The notes: generated by a model not told the origin, from the letters alone. Shown: positions 30,536 to 41,010, numbered from the stretch's first letter. The stretch is DNA of 64,000 bases from an uncultured Dehalococcoidia bacterium (GCA_964602845.1 CAZRSW010000004.1:13893-77892); one strand, 5' to 3'. Numbers and translations are program-made.

Positions 30536-31570
30536 TTACGGCAGCTTGCTTTCACTTACGAGGCTCACAGCTACGTTAATCGCCTCCTTCATGCTCACAT
30601 GGTCGGCGATTCCTCTGCCAGCTATATCAAACGCAGTACCATGATCAACAGAGGTTCTTACGAACGGCAAACCAAGATTGACACTAACACTGTGGGCCCA
30701 ATCATGAACTTTTATAGGTATATGACCCTGGTCATGGTACATAGCTAAGACGACATCATATTCTCCATTGATATTTTGGTTAAATATTGTGTCGGCGGGA
30801 ATCGGCCCAAAAACACTAATGCCCATGCCCTTCGCCTCCTCTACAGCGGGAGCAATTTCATTAGCTTCCTCATCCCCTAATAACCCACCATCACTGGCAT
30901 GAGGATTAAGAGCAGATACACCGATTCGGGGATTTATAAAGCCCCACTTTTTAAAGTGTTGATAAGTCAATACTATTTTCGAAAGGATTTTCTCTTTGGT
31001 CACGTAGTCACACGCCACACGTAAAGACCTATGAGTCGTCAGGTGAACCACTCTAAGAGTCCTCGCCATCAGCATAGTCGCAACTTCCGTTGACTCAGTC
31101 TGACTTTGAAATATTTCCATGTGGCCTATATCTTTATGGCCGGCGAGACTACAAGCTTCCTTGTTAATGGGCGCCGTAGCAATAGCCTGTACGTCTCCTC
31201 TAGCTGCAAGTTCCCCGGCCTGTAATATCCAATCTACCGATGCCTGTCCAGATATTGGAGATACACGGCCATACTCTATTTCTTCATAATTCAAATTCTG
31301 GGAATCAAGTACAGTTATAGTCCCATATCTTCCATCAATTTGTTTCAATGAGTTAACAGACTTAACAGTATAAGCACTACCAATTAACGCTAATGCATCC
31401 TTCATGGCCTGACTGTTACCAACAACAAATGGACAACATTTCTCGTAGATTGCCTGATCTAACAATGCCTTTGCAGCAACCTCTGGTCCGATCCCCGAGG
31501 GATCTCCCATTGTTACTGCTACAAGCGGTCTTTTCTTCAAAGACAGTCCCTCCGTATCCAATAATCTCAA
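30536..31570 (-). CDS. pdxA: PdxA-family 4-hydroxythreonine-4-phosphate dehydrogenase-like oxidoreductase
   Basis: VTMGDPSGIGPE, TAPINK, MYHDQGHIP and RTSVDHGTAFDIAG. Whether it is a true PdxA or a sugar-acid phosphate dehydrogenase paralogue cannot be told from the sequence. Confidence 0.8.
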   Translation of the reverse strand: MRLLDTEGLSLKKRPLVAVTMGDPSGIGPEVAAKALLDQAIYEKCCPFVVGNSQAMKDALALIGSAYTVKSVNSLKQIDGRYGTITVLDSQNLNYEEIEYGRVSPISGQASVDWILQAGELAARGDVQAIATAPINKEACSLAGHKDIGHMEIFQSQTESTEVATMLMARTLRVVHLTTHRSLRVACDYVTKEKILSKIVLTYQHFKKWGFINPRIGVSALNPHASDGGLLGDEEANEIAPAVEEAKGMGISVFGPIPADTIFNQNINGEYDVVLAMYHDQGHIPIKVHDWAHSVSVNLGLPFVRTSVDHGTAFDIAGRGIADHVSMKEAINVAVSLVSESKLP

Positions 31571-31707
31571 CTTGCCTAGCTATTATAAACTTAAGAGAAA
31601 TTAATAGTGGGATCTATATCGCAATTATCTCTGGAATTCCCTCGATTAATAGGACAGAGCAACTCTCCTAGGAGTATAACCATCTAACGCCAATGATTAC
31701 ACTTTCT

Positions 31708-34167
31708 TCATTCACATTTGTTGTAGCCACAATCAGGACAACTCAGACATCCTTCCTGGGGAAGTAGGTATCCTGAGCATTCGGGACACTTCGCTCCGCT
31801 CGTTGATAAACCGGACCCTCTGGTATCGCTACTGCCTGAGGATGGGAATAATCCCAATTGAGCAGAAGTACCCCCACCATCAGACGCAACATTCTGTAAG
31901 GCTGAATCTTTCTTTATATGTCTGCTCATAACCAAAGCAACAGCATCAGCAGGGGACCTGACCAAGGTACCACCATCCCAAGCTGGTTCAGACGTAATAC
32001 CCTTCAATTGGTCAATTATTTGCTCAGGTTCAATCCCAGACCGCAGTCCTAATGACGCTAAACGAGCAATGGATTCCAGATACGCTGCATCACTTCCACC
32101 TGACTTACCTAATGTCGCAAAAACTTCAAAAGGGTGTCCTTCATCGTCGAAAGTAATATTGACAAACATAGTGCCATGACCTGTCCTAACCCGATCCGTC
32201 ACACCGACAACGGAAACCGGCCTTTGCCTTGGCACTTTTAAACGCTTATCACTCTCAATATTTGTAGACTCGCTATTCCCAGTCTCTAATACTTGCATTG
32301 ACTTGGAACCATCCCGATAAACTGTTACAGCCTTGCAACCAGTTTTCCAAGCCAACATGTAAGCATCTCGAACCTCCGTAACCGTAGCCGAATTCGCCAT
32401 ATTGATCGTCTTAGAAACAGAGTTAGTTACGTGCTTCTGCCACACAGCCTGCATTTTAATATGAGCCTCAGCAGAAACTTTCATCGCAGTTCGATAAACA
32501 GCAGGATTTATCCCATGGTCAGTCATAATCTGTTCATCGTTTTGAGGATCATTAATTATCTGCTTTAATACATCCTCTACACCTTCAGGTGATCCAAGCA
32601 CATTTTCCAAGCTTTCTGTTATCGACCTTGGCGCATCCAACAATCGAGCACTGGTACCTTCGTGATCCTCCCATAGTACATTTGACCACCAGGCCGTAGC
32701 AAAATGAGGCTCGATGCCACTAGAACAACCAGCGATACGACTTATGGTACCTGTTGGAGCAATCGTGATAACACTAGAATTACGAACAGGAGGCATTCCT
32801 CTCGCTTTTAACGCTGAGTTGTCGAACTCAGGGAATGGACCACACTGCTGAGCTATATTCGCCGATTCATCCCAAGCAGTAGAATTTAAAAATCTACCTA
32901 AACGATCAGCTAATTTAAGTGCTTCTGCAGAATCATACGGAATCCCCATTCGAACCAATGCATCTGCCCATCCCATAACTCCTAGACCAATCCGGCGGGT
33001 ATCCAAGTTCACATCTCTAAGCTTCTGCAGGGGGAAAGTATTGACCTCTATTACACTATTTAGGAACCTTACCCCAGTCCGTGTAGTCTCTTCCAAAGTC
33101 TCCCAATCAAAATCGTTACCTTCGACATGAAGATCTAAATTGATAGATCCTAGACAACAGTTACCATAATTTTCAAGAAATTCCTCACCACATGGATTAC
33201 TAGTTCTAATTCGTCCTAACTGGGGATTAGGTGCAGTTTCCCAGACCCTGTCAACAAACACTATACCCGGATCCCCCGTTTTCCACGCAGACTCCGTTAT
33301 CTCATTCCACAGATCTCTCGCTTTAACTGTTTCTACAACTTCGTTAACAGGTCCGCCCCCTGTGTTTCTGGGGTTCACTAGTTCCCAATCCGTATCATCC
33401 TCTACCGCCCTCATAAAATCATCAGTGACTTGCAACGAGATGTTAAAATTCTGCAGAGTATCATCATTATCTTTGCAATGAATAAATTCCCTCACATCTG
33501 GATGTGTGATCAATAATTGTCCCATGTGGGCCCCGAGCCGGAACGCACCTTGTGTTAATGTTGCTCCTATCGAAGAATATAATTTCATCACTGATATGGG
33601 TCCGCAGGCCTGACCATGTGTAGTTGAGATTTTGTCATTTCTCGGACGGAGATCTGAAAGACCAAAACCTATGCCTCCACCCCATTTCTCGATCATTGCC
33701 GCATCATTAGCAACTTTCATTATTGACTGTATATTATCTTCAGGTGAAACAACGAAGCATGCTGAAAGGCACCCTTGGCCAGTCCCTGCGTTCACAAGAG
33801 TCGGAGAATTAGGCAGAAATTTTAAGGTTGACATAACTTCAAAATACTTCTTTCTATATTCCTCTCGATTTTCCTCCTGCTCTCCCTCTGCAACAGCTTT
33901 TGCAACTCTAGAAAATAAACCCTCAGCATCCTCTATTGGATTGCCTTCATGGTCTTTCCTAAGATAACGTTTTTCTATGATAAACCTAGCATTGTCACTC
34001 AGTTCCAGTTTAGACAGATGCTCTTCCTCTTCTATTTCAGTGCCAATCTCTGATACCGAGGACGTATTTCCCAATCGGTGCCTCAATTCTGAGGGAGTCT
34101 TTCCACTACTATAACGTTCCACTCTATTAATTCCATTTGCACCACCGGAGAATACTTCCTGGGCCAT
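31708..34167 (-). CDS. nrdJ: Adenosylcobalamin-dependent ribonucleoside-di/triphosphate reductase (class II)
   Basis: LPNSPTLVNAGT, the radical-site loop TSNPCGEEFL, and a C-terminal Zn ribbon CPECSG...CLSCPDCG. 819 aa. Confidence 0.9.
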   Translation of the reverse strand: MAQEVFSGGANGINRVERYSSGKTPSELRHRLGNTSSVSEIGTEIEEEEHLSKLELSDNARFIIEKRYLRKDHEGNPIEDAEGLFSRVAKAVAEGEQEENREEYRKKYFEVMSTLKFLPNSPTLVNAGTGQGCLSACFVVSPEDNIQSIMKVANDAAMIEKWGGGIGFGLSDLRPRNDKISTTHGQACGPISVMKLYSSIGATLTQGAFRLGAHMGQLLITHPDVREFIHCKDNDDTLQNFNISLQVTDDFMRAVEDDTDWELVNPRNTGGGPVNEVVETVKARDLWNEITESAWKTGDPGIVFVDRVWETAPNPQLGRIRTSNPCGEEFLENYGNCCLGSINLDLHVEGNDFDWETLEETTRTGVRFLNSVIEVNTFPLQKLRDVNLDTRRIGLGVMGWADALVRMGIPYDSAEALKLADRLGRFLNSTAWDESANIAQQCGPFPEFDNSALKARGMPPVRNSSVITIAPTGTISRIAGCSSGIEPHFATAWWSNVLWEDHEGTSARLLDAPRSITESLENVLGSPEGVEDVLKQIINDPQNDEQIMTDHGINPAVYRTAMKVSAEAHIKMQAVWQKHVTNSVSKTINMANSATVTEVRDAYMLAWKTGCKAVTVYRDGSKSMQVLETGNSESTNIESDKRLKVPRQRPVSVVGVTDRVRTGHGTMFVNITFDDEGHPFEVFATLGKSGGSDAAYLESIARLASLGLRSGIEPEQIIDQLKGITSEPAWDGGTLVRSPADAVALVMSRHIKKDSALQNVASDGGGTSAQLGLFPSSGSSDTRGSGLSTSGAKCPECSGYLLPQEGCLSCPDCGYNKCE

Positions 34168-34243
34168 ACATCATGCTCCTTCAAAAACACACTAACTTAA
34201 TTCATTTCTAAACGATTAATTTGGTACTTCCTTGGGGAAGAAC

Positions 34244-34798
34244 TTATTTATTCGAACGAGGACGCCTCCCTCTCCGCCCTCTCTTACGACGCAGCGGACC
34301 AGAAAGATCTTCGTCTTCCATAAGAACCAATTGACCGCTCTCTTCCCGATCCTTCGGTTCTAATAAAGCATCTACCTCTTCTCGGAAGTTTTCTATATCA
34401 CGAAAATCTCTGTATACACTAGCAAACCTAATGTATGCAACTCGGTCTAGATCTCTCAATCTATCCATAACCATTTCACCGATGACTCTGGATGAGATTT
34501 CGGCTCTACCGACATTGGTAAGATGCGACTCTATATCATCAATCGCCTTTTCTATACTACCTATCGGTAAAGGTCTTTTTGCGCACGCACTCGTCAGACT
34601 AGACCACAACTTCTCACGGCTGAATTCCTCTCTACGCTCGTCTCGTTTCACAACTAATAATGCCCTAGTTTGAACTCGCTCATAAGTGGTAAACCTGAGA
34701 CCACACCTTAAGCACTCTCTTCTGCGTCGAATACTTTCGCCCGAATCTCTAGAGTCAATTACTTTTGAGTCAGCATTATTACAGAACGGACAATACAT
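34244..34798 (-). CDS. nrdR: Transcriptional repressor NrdR
   Basis: MYCPFC...SKVIDSR...RRRECLRCGLRFTTYE zinc ribbon plus an ATP-cone, with a basic C-tail. Confidence 0.95.
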   Translation of the reverse strand: MYCPFCNNADSKVIDSRDSGESIRRRRECLRCGLRFTTYERVQTRALLVVKRDERREEFSREKLWSSLTSACAKRPLPIGSIEKAIDDIESHLTNVGRAEISSRVIGEMVMDRLRDLDRVAYIRFASVYRDFRDIENFREEVDALLEPKDREESGQLVLMEDEDLSGPLRRKRGRRGRRPRSNK

Positions 34799-34863
34799 AA
34801 ACTAACACTAAGCCACGATTAATGGTTTGAAGAGGCTCTCACGAGCATCTGCATACAGTTATT

Positions 34864-34879
34864 GCACAACTTATCGTAC
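34864..34879 (-). promoter_or_regulatory. Candidate NrdR box 2 (weaker)
   Basis: The minus strand reads GTACGATAAGTTGTGC, matching 10/16 positions of the remembered NrdR-box consensus acaCwAtATaTwGtgt. Its centre is 32 bp from box 1, the typical tandem spacing. Confidence 0.35.
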
Positions 34880-34889
34880 ACTGAGGGTA

Positions 34890-34919
34890 ACAGTACCACT
34901 ATATATTGAGGTATGTCAA
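34890..34919 (-). promoter_or_regulatory. Candidate sigma-70 promoter of the nrdR-nrdJ operon
   Basis: On the minus strand: TTGACA (34919-34914), an 18-nt spacer, then TACTGT (34895-34890). This is about 90 nt upstream of the nrdR ATG. The spacer is almost exactly NrdR box 1. Confidence 0.4.
34896..34911 (-). promoter_or_regulatory. Candidate NrdR box 1
   Basis: The minus strand reads CCTCAATATATAGTGG, matching 13/16 positions of the remembered 16-bp palindromic NrdR-box consensus. It lies between the -35 and -10 elements. Confidence 0.55.
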
Positions 34920-35092
34920 CAATTAATCAACAAGGTTTTGATTCGTTTTTTTGTTTTATTTTTGGGACTCATATCTCTCGAACAAAGCATTTCACTCTTC
35001 AAACGATTCTTACTCCCCTAAATCATCATCGGAGCAGCAACTTTACAAGATTTACTCAAAAAAGAGTTTCAACGACCATTCGACAATGAAAC

Positions 35093-36208
35093 TCATACCC
35101 CTAGGTTCGCTCGTGAATGCCCATTCTCTTGAGACACTGTCCCTACATGAGTTCGTCTCAGGAAAGGCGGAATATCTAGAGAATCTTCGTTGGCATCCAT
35201 TCTGTTGGCCGCCGCCATAGTCTTATCGATATCCCTTTGTATGAGAGTTTCGGTGGTAGGAAATCCTGTTGCAATAATTGTCAGCTTAACTTCGTTTTCC
35301 ATTTTATGGTCTGTAGTCATTCCAAAAATTATATTCGCTTCAGGCGCCACAACTCGTTGTATAACCTCAGCCGCATGGTGTAGCTCAGTCAGCTTTAAAT
35401 CACTCCCACCAGTGATATTGAATAACACACCAGTAGCACCTTCAATGTTAACATCCATCAAAGGGTTTGTAATCGCTTGTTGCGCAGCATCTCTTGCTCG
35501 CGACTCGCCCACTCCAAACCCTATAGACATCCACGCGGGGCCAGCGTCACGCATTATGCTTTGCACGTCTGCAAAATCCAGATTTATATCACCAGCGCTA
35601 GTGACAAGTTCCGTAATAGACTGCACACCCAGTCGAAGAACATCATCCGCAAGCCTAAATGCATTTTCAGCCGTTACTTCTTCCTGTGCCACAATGCTAA
35701 GTCTTTGATTAGGTATAACCAGAAGAGTGTCAACATTTTCTTGCAATTTATCTATTCCAGCTTGAGCCTGATTCGCCCTACGAATACCTTCGAAAGCAAA
35801 AGGTCTTGTTACTACTCCCACAGTCAAAGCCCCAGTTTCTCGGGCTATTTGCGCGATTACGGGTGCAGCACCTGTACCCGTACCACCACCCATTCCCGCT
35901 GCAACGAACACCATATCGGAGTCCCTAATCACATCGTAAATATCCTCACGACTTTCTTCAGCAGACATAGATCCCTTATCTGGGTCACCACCAACGCCCA
36001 TCCCCTGTGTCAATTGTTCACCGATTCTAATTCTCATTGGAACATCACTACCCATCAATGCTTGAATATCGGTGTTCATAACTATATAGTCAACGCCTGA
36101 CACTCGCTCTTTAAACATACGAGACACAGCATTTGATCCGCCACCACCAACACCTATCACCTTTATCCTAGCTACCCCTTCCAACTCGCGGCCGTTAATT
36201 GTCATCAC
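35093..36208 (-). CDS. ftsZ: Cell division protein FtsZ
   Basis: [14 protein letters not shown], the tubulin signature [13 protein letters not shown], and the C-terminal peptide DIPPFLRR followed by a ~22-aa tail. Confidence 0.97.
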   Translation of the reverse strand: MMTINGRELEGVARIKVIGVGGGGSNAVSRMFKERVSGVDYIVMNTDIQALMGSDVPMRIRIGEQLTQGMGVGGDPDKGSMSAEESREDIYDVIRDSDMVFVAAGMGGGTGTGAAPVIAQIARETGALTVGVVTRPFAFEGIRRANQAQAGIDKLQENVDTLLVIPNQRLSIVAQEEVTAENAFRLADDVLRLGVQSITELVTSAGDINLDFADVQSIMRDAGPAWMSIGFGVGESRARDAAQQAITNPLMDVNIEGATGVLFNITGGSDLKLTELHHAAEVIQRVVAPEANIIFGMTTDHKMENEVKLTIIATGFPTTETLIQRDIDKTMAAANRMDANEDSLDIPPFLRRTHVGTVSQENGHSRANLGV

Positions 36209-36227
36209 TATCTCCCTTCAAGCTTAA

Positions 36228-37481
36228 TTATTTAGTTCCAATGAGGTTCCCAATTTTATTAACTAGACCACCGAATGCGGACCCTCTCGTTCCTGTTCCC
36301 GTTTTCTCTATTAATCCTTCCGCCACTCTTTCATTCCTAAGAGCCCATAGAAGCATACCCACCCCAGTTGAATAGGCTGGGGCCTCCAACTCTTCAGACA
36401 TACCGGCCAAATGATCAGGAAACCCTATTCTGATATTACAGTTAGGCATATATTGCTGAGCCATTTCGAATAACCCAGGCAATGATGATGCACCACCGGT
36501 CATAACTACTTGTGCTTTATGATTTTGACCTATACCAGACTCTTGGAGCTTTAAGTCTATGAGCCTTATCAACTCCATGCCCCTTTCACGAACTAATTGG
36601 CATATATCTCTCCTGTACACACTAACTTTCGCTGACCTACCTAGTACAGACACATCTATTTGTTCTCGCATGTCTATAGATGCAGGCTCAGTACTGGCGT
36701 ACTTGAGTTTGAGCTGCTCGGCTTCCTCAAATGAAGTATTAAAGGTCATGCTTATATCATTGGTAAACTGAAACCCACCTACAGGAACAACCGAAGTGTA
36801 AAGGATGCTCCCTCCCTTGAACGCTACGATATCGGTCGTTCCTCCGCCGATATCAACTATTGCAGCCCCTCTTTCCTTTTCTTTTGATGTTAGTAATGCC
36901 TCGCTACTAGCCAATGGTTCTAGTACCATTTGCTTAACTTTGAGTCCAGCTGTAACGACCGCGCTATCGAGATTCCTAACAAAGCTGTCACCAGCGGTCA
37001 CTAAATGCGACTTAACTTCCAATCCAGCTGCGTGCATACCCACGGGGTTACTGATGCCATTGTGTCCATCAATATCATAAGCTGTCGGTATAGCATGAAT
37101 TATTTCTCTGCCCGGAGTTTTTGACGAAGCCATAACTAATTCAGGGACGCTATCAACTTCATCAGACGTTATGACCCCTTTTGATCCTATGTGACTCAAT
37201 ACATCAACCCTGTTGTCAAAATCTATGTGAGATCCTGTGATTCCAACATAGGCTGCATTGATCGGCAATTCAGTTCGAGATCTTATTACCTCTAAACTAG
37301 ATTTAATCCCCTTCGCTGTTATATTGATATCCTCAACATTACCTTTCTTCAAGCCAGTGCAGGGTACAACGCTATGGGCGATTATTTCAGGATACCTGCC
37401 ATTCACCTTCATTGCGACGATGGTACATATCTTCGTAGTACCTACATCAATCGCTGTTATTAAACTTCCATTTTTCATCAT
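36228..37481 (-). CDS. ftsA: Cell division protein FtsA
   Basis: Actin-fold motifs AIDVGTTK, IVDIGGGTTD and VMTGGASSLPG, with a C-terminal amphipathic segment. It lies 19 nt upstream of ftsZ. Confidence 0.9.
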   Translation of the reverse strand: MMKNGSLITAIDVGTTKICTIVAMKVNGRYPEIIAHSVVPCTGLKKGNVEDINITAKGIKSSLEVIRSRTELPINAAYVGITGSHIDFDNRVDVLSHIGSKGVITSDEVDSVPELVMASSKTPGREIIHAIPTAYDIDGHNGISNPVGMHAAGLEVKSHLVTAGDSFVRNLDSAVVTAGLKVKQMVLEPLASSEALLTSKEKERGAAIVDIGGGTTDIVAFKGGSILYTSVVPVGGFQFTNDISMTFNTSFEEAEQLKLKYASTEPASIDMREQIDVSVLGRSAKVSVYRRDICQLVRERGMELIRLIDLKLQESGIGQNHKAQVVMTGGASSLPGLFEMAQQYMPNCNIRIGFPDHLAGMSEELEAPAYSTGVGMLLWALRNERVAEGLIEKTGTGTRGSAFGGLVNKIGNLIGTK

Positions 37482-37512
37482 CTACCTTCTTAACATTTAC
37501 TCTATATCTATC

Positions 37513-38439
37513 CTAGATCTTCTCTATAACTCTTAAACGAGCGCTTCGACTTCTCGGGTTCAAAGCTATTTCTTTATTAGATGGTCTTACCAATTTCTTC
37601 TCGACCAGTAAAACTCTAGCCGTATGATCACACCTACAAACAGGTATTTCCGGTAAGCATGTACATGCCCTAGATTCATCCCTAAAAAAATTCTTCACTA
37701 ATCTATCCTCCAAGGAGTGGTAACTTATAACCACTAGCCTCCCCCCATGAGCTAACAGATCTAGGCCATCAGCTAATCCTTTAACCAGATTATTTAATTC
37801 CTCGTTAACTGCAATCCTTATCGCCTGAAAAACACGAGTCGCTGGATGAATCCTGCCAGAATGTATCCCCACGACTCGACTAACAATATCCCTCAACTCC
37901 CCCGTCGTATGAATTGGGCGCCTTTTAACTATTTCGGTTGCAATTTTTTTAGATTTTTTCTCTTGGCCAAATCTATAAATTACGTCTGCAAGGTCACTTT
38001 CCCTAAAACCATTCACTACATCAGAAGCAGAAAAATTTCTAGATTTATCAAATCTCATGTCAAGAGGAGCATCGAACCTAAAACTAAACCCTCTATCAGG
38101 AGAATCTAACTGTGCAGATGAAATCCCAAGATCCAATAGTATTCCTGTCACTCTTCCTAACTTTTCTCTCCTGGCCAAACAAGACATCCGTGTATAACTG
38201 CCTTTCACAAGATTGATTCTATCCACATACTCCGCAAGGTGATCTCTAGCGATCTGCAGCGACATCGGATCTATATCAATACCCATCCCACCAGCCTCAG
38301 GGTGGGACCTCAAAACAGCCAGCGCATGCCCCCCCATGCCTACTGTACCGTCAACAAAACACCCTCGAGGTCGGGGTTCTAGAGCCCTTAGAACTTCCAT
38401 AACCATCACGGGAACATGTAACCGATTCACAAACATCAC
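37513..38439 (-). CDS. rsmH: 16S rRNA (cytosine1402-N4)-methyltransferase
   Basis: HVPVM..E, DGTVGMGGHA, LLDLGISS, and SYHSLEDRLVK. Confidence 0.92.
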   Translation of the reverse strand: MMFVNRLHVPVMVMEVLRALEPRPRGCFVDGTVGMGGHALAVLRSHPEAGGMGIDIDPMSLQIARDHLAEYVDRINLVKGSYTRMSCLARREKLGRVTGILLDLGISSAQLDSPDRGFSFRFDAPLDMRFDKSRNFSASDVVNGFRESDLADVIYRFGQEKKSKKIATEIVKRRPIHTTGELRDIVSRVVGIHSGRIHPATRVFQAIRIAVNEELNNLVKGLADGLDLLAHGGRLVVISYHSLEDRLVKNFFRDESRACTCLPEIPVCRCDHTARVLLVEKKLVRPSNKEIALNPRSRSARLRVIEKI

Positions 38440-38634
38440 ACCACAGAAAATTGACTCTATATTGTCTTACCGTGCTAGAACCGTGTTAGAATGTCCGTAA
38501 ATAGTGGGGTCACTAATTAAGGTCAACTCCTACACCTGCTTAGAAGTTTCCCAGCCCATTCCGATTTGGCGCAAGGCATTTTAAGATCTATTTATCACAC
38601 AAATACGATACCCAACACTAAGGGAACAATTAAC

Positions 38635-39189
38635 ATGACCCCCAAACTTACTGCACAGCCTTGCCTAGCGATATTGACTATCAGCGACAGCGGAACCAGA
38701 GGTGACAGGAAGGATGTAAGTGGAGACACAATCAGTTATTTACTCGCCGCCGCTGGTTTTCATGAGGTTGATAGAACCATCGTTCCAGACGAGATCGACC
38801 TGATAACTCCGAAACTGAAGGAATGGTCTGATTATGGGGAGATTGATGTTGTATTGACAACAGGTGGTACTGGGCTAGGCCCAAGAGACGTAACGCCAGA
38901 AGCAACCCGGGCAGTGCTAGACATGGAAATTCCCGGCATCACTGAAGCCATGAGGACAATAACATCAAAATCAACACCATACGCCATGTTAAGCAGGTCG
39001 GTTTCTGGTGTCAGATCAGGTTGTTTGATCATAAATCTTCCAGGCAGTCCGGCTGGAGTTAAAGAGTGTATTGAAGTAATACTGCCAATAATCCCACATG
39101 CTTTGGAAATGATCAGAGGGTGGCGAACACATAAGCCCATTTTACAAGAGAAACCTGTCGAGCAAGACCGGAAGTCTAAAACACTTTAA
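38635..39189 (+). CDS. mogA: Molybdenum cofactor biosynthesis protein (MogA/MoaB family)
   Basis: ILTISDSG...D.SGD..., [16 protein letters not shown], and NLPGSP. The ATG at 38635 with AAGGGA 8 nt upstream is preferred over the track start at 38566. Confidence 0.8.
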   Translation: MTPKLTAQPCLAILTISDSGTRGDRKDVSGDTISYLLAAAGFHEVDRTIVPDEIDLITPKLKEWSDYGEIDVVLTTGGTGLGPRDVTPEATRAVLDMEIPGITEAMRTITSKSTPYAMLSRSVSGVRSGCLIINLPGSPAGVKECIEVILPIIPHALEMIRGWRTHKPILQEKPVEQDRKSKTL

Positions 39190-39203
39190 TCGCTGGCAAC
39201 AAG

Positions 39204-39974
39204 ATGAAATTTCATATTTTCACCATCTTCCCAAAAATGTTTCAGACTCCCTTCAATGAAGGGGTGGTAGGCCGTGCCAGCAGGAACGATCTGATCGAGA
39301 TAGTCATACACGACATAAGGACCTACTCGAAAGATCCTCACAAACGTGTGGACGATTATCCCTACGGAGGCGGCCCCGGAATGTTGATGCGGCCAGAACC
39401 TCTGTTTGACGCAATTGAGACCGCAAAAAACCGATCGATGATGTCTCCACAAACACCTATAATATTGATGACTCCCCAAGGACGGCGCCTCAACCACAAA
39501 ATAGTCCACGAACTGTCTTATCACGACGAACTATCAATCATTTGCGGCAGATACGAAGGCTTTGATGAACGGGTAAGAATTGAGTTGGCCACTGACGAAA
39601 TAAGTATTGGAGATTTTGTGATTTCTGGGGGTGAATTAGCAGCAATGACAATTATTGATTCTGTTACTCGCCTCCTACCAGGGGTACTGGGAACGTCTGA
39701 ATCACCCACAAATGATTCTTTCTATGAGGGGTTGCTTCAATTCCCACAATTTACCAGACCACCAACATACCGTAACTTGACCGTCCCAGATATATTGCTT
39801 TCAGGGAACCACTCTCAAATAAACAAATGGCGACGAATGCAATCACTCCAGAGAACCGCAGAAAGAAGACCTGAATTACTAGAAAACGTTAGTCTCACGG
39901 AAGAGGAAATGGATTTCATAGGAGATATATTGAACACAGAGATACAGGGTTGCGAAAAAACTCCTGATCCATAA
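39204..39974 (+). CDS. trmD: tRNA (guanine37-N1)-methyltransferase
   Basis: [42 protein letters not shown], and [10 protein letters not shown]. Confidence 0.92.
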   Translation: MKFHIFTIFPKMFQTPFNEGVVGRASRNDLIEIVIHDIRTYSKDPHKRVDDYPYGGGPGMLMRPEPLFDAIETAKNRSMMSPQTPIILMTPQGRRLNHKIVHELSYHDELSIICGRYEGFDERVRIELATDEISIGDFVISGGELAAMTIIDSVTRLLPGVLGTSESPTNDSFYEGLLQFPQFTRPPTYRNLTVPDILLSGNHSQINKWRRMQSLQRTAERRPELLENVSLTEEEMDFIGDILNTEIQGCEKTPDP

Positions 39975-40047
39975 ACTTGATATCTTTTAATAATCTGACT
40001 CAAGGCCGAAGGGATTCGCCGAATTGCAACAAATATTGAGGTGAAAC

Positions 40048-40971
40048 ATGAAGGGAAAGGATTTTCTAACTATCTCACACCTAGAGCCTTCTGAGGTTGA
40101 AGAGATAATAATGAAGGCATATAGTGTTAAAAACGGCGAAACCTCGGATCTTCTCGCAGGGAAAACAATCGCCCTTATATTTGAAAAGCCATCTCTACGC
40201 ACGAGAGTTAGTTTCGAAGTAGGCATAAAGCAAATGGGAGGAAGTTGTATTTTCTTGAGCAATCAAGAAATAGGCCTAGGGGTTAGAGAACCGGAATCAG
40301 ACATCGCCAGGGTATTGGACAGGTTGGTGGACGGTATTGTAGCTAGGGTATTTTCACACCACAGCTTGGAGCTACTGTCGGAGAATACTTCATTACCGAT
40401 CATCAATGCCCTATCAGACAAAGCCCATCCCTGCCAAGCATTGGGAGATTTTTTAACGATATTTGAGAAAAAGGGTAGTTTAGACGGGCTCAAAGTCGCA
40501 TTTGTCGGGGACGGAAATAACATCGCTGGAAGCCTTGCAATGACATGTGCCTCTGTTGGTTCGGAATTCGTGATTGCTTCTCCAAAACAATACCAGCTCC
40601 CAGAAAGTGTGTGGACCGAAGCTAATGTGATCTCACAAAGATCAAAAACAAAGCTGTGGTGGACATCTGATCCTTTTGAGGCCGTCGATAAGGCAGACGT
40701 AGTTTACACAGACGTTTGGACTAGCATGGGTAACGAATCGGAAGAAGAGGAACGGCTCAAAGTTTTTACCGACTACCAAGTTAACGAAAATCTCATATCC
40801 ACTGCTAACCCTGAATTCCTGTTTATGCATGACATGCCGGCTCACAGAGGGGAGGAGATTTCCCCAAATATGCTGGATCATCCAAATTCCGTCGTTTACC
40901 AGCAAGCAGAAAATAGACTGCATGCTCAGAAGGCAGTGCTTGCAAGGCTTTTCGAAAAGAGACAGGGATGA
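40048..40971 (+). CDS. argF: Ornithine carbamoyltransferase-like transcarbamylase (variant HCLP motif)
   Basis: SLRTR (the STRTR-type carbamoyl-phosphate motif), HPCQ and DVWTSMG (DxxxSMG) are present. The usual FMHCLPAHRGEE reads FMHDMPAHRGEE (40828-40839). Confidence 0.8.
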   Translation: MKGKDFLTISHLEPSEVEEIIMKAYSVKNGETSDLLAGKTIALIFEKPSLRTRVSFEVGIKQMGGSCIFLSNQEIGLGVREPESDIARVLDRLVDGIVARVFSHHSLELLSENTSLPIINALSDKAHPCQALGDFLTIFEKKGSLDGLKVAFVGDGNNIAGSLAMTCASVGSEFVIASPKQYQLPESVWTEANVISQRSKTKLWWTSDPFEAVDKADVVYTDVWTSMGNESEEEERLKVFTDYQVNENLISTANPEFLFMHDMPAHRGEEISPNMLDHPNSVVYQQAENRLHAQKAVLARLFEKRQG

Positions 40972-41010
40972 TGCATATCACAATCACTAGCATCGTTTGA
41001 GAAAACAATC

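Noticed and set aside
31708-34167. Intein or extra domain in the 819-aa NrdJ. GyrA, DnaG and FtsH were checked similarly.
   Set aside because: Homology blocks run continuously, with no Cys/Ser...His-Asn-Cys intein boundaries. The extra length is explained by a low-complexity N-terminal extension and the C-terminal CxxC...CxxC zinc ribbon.
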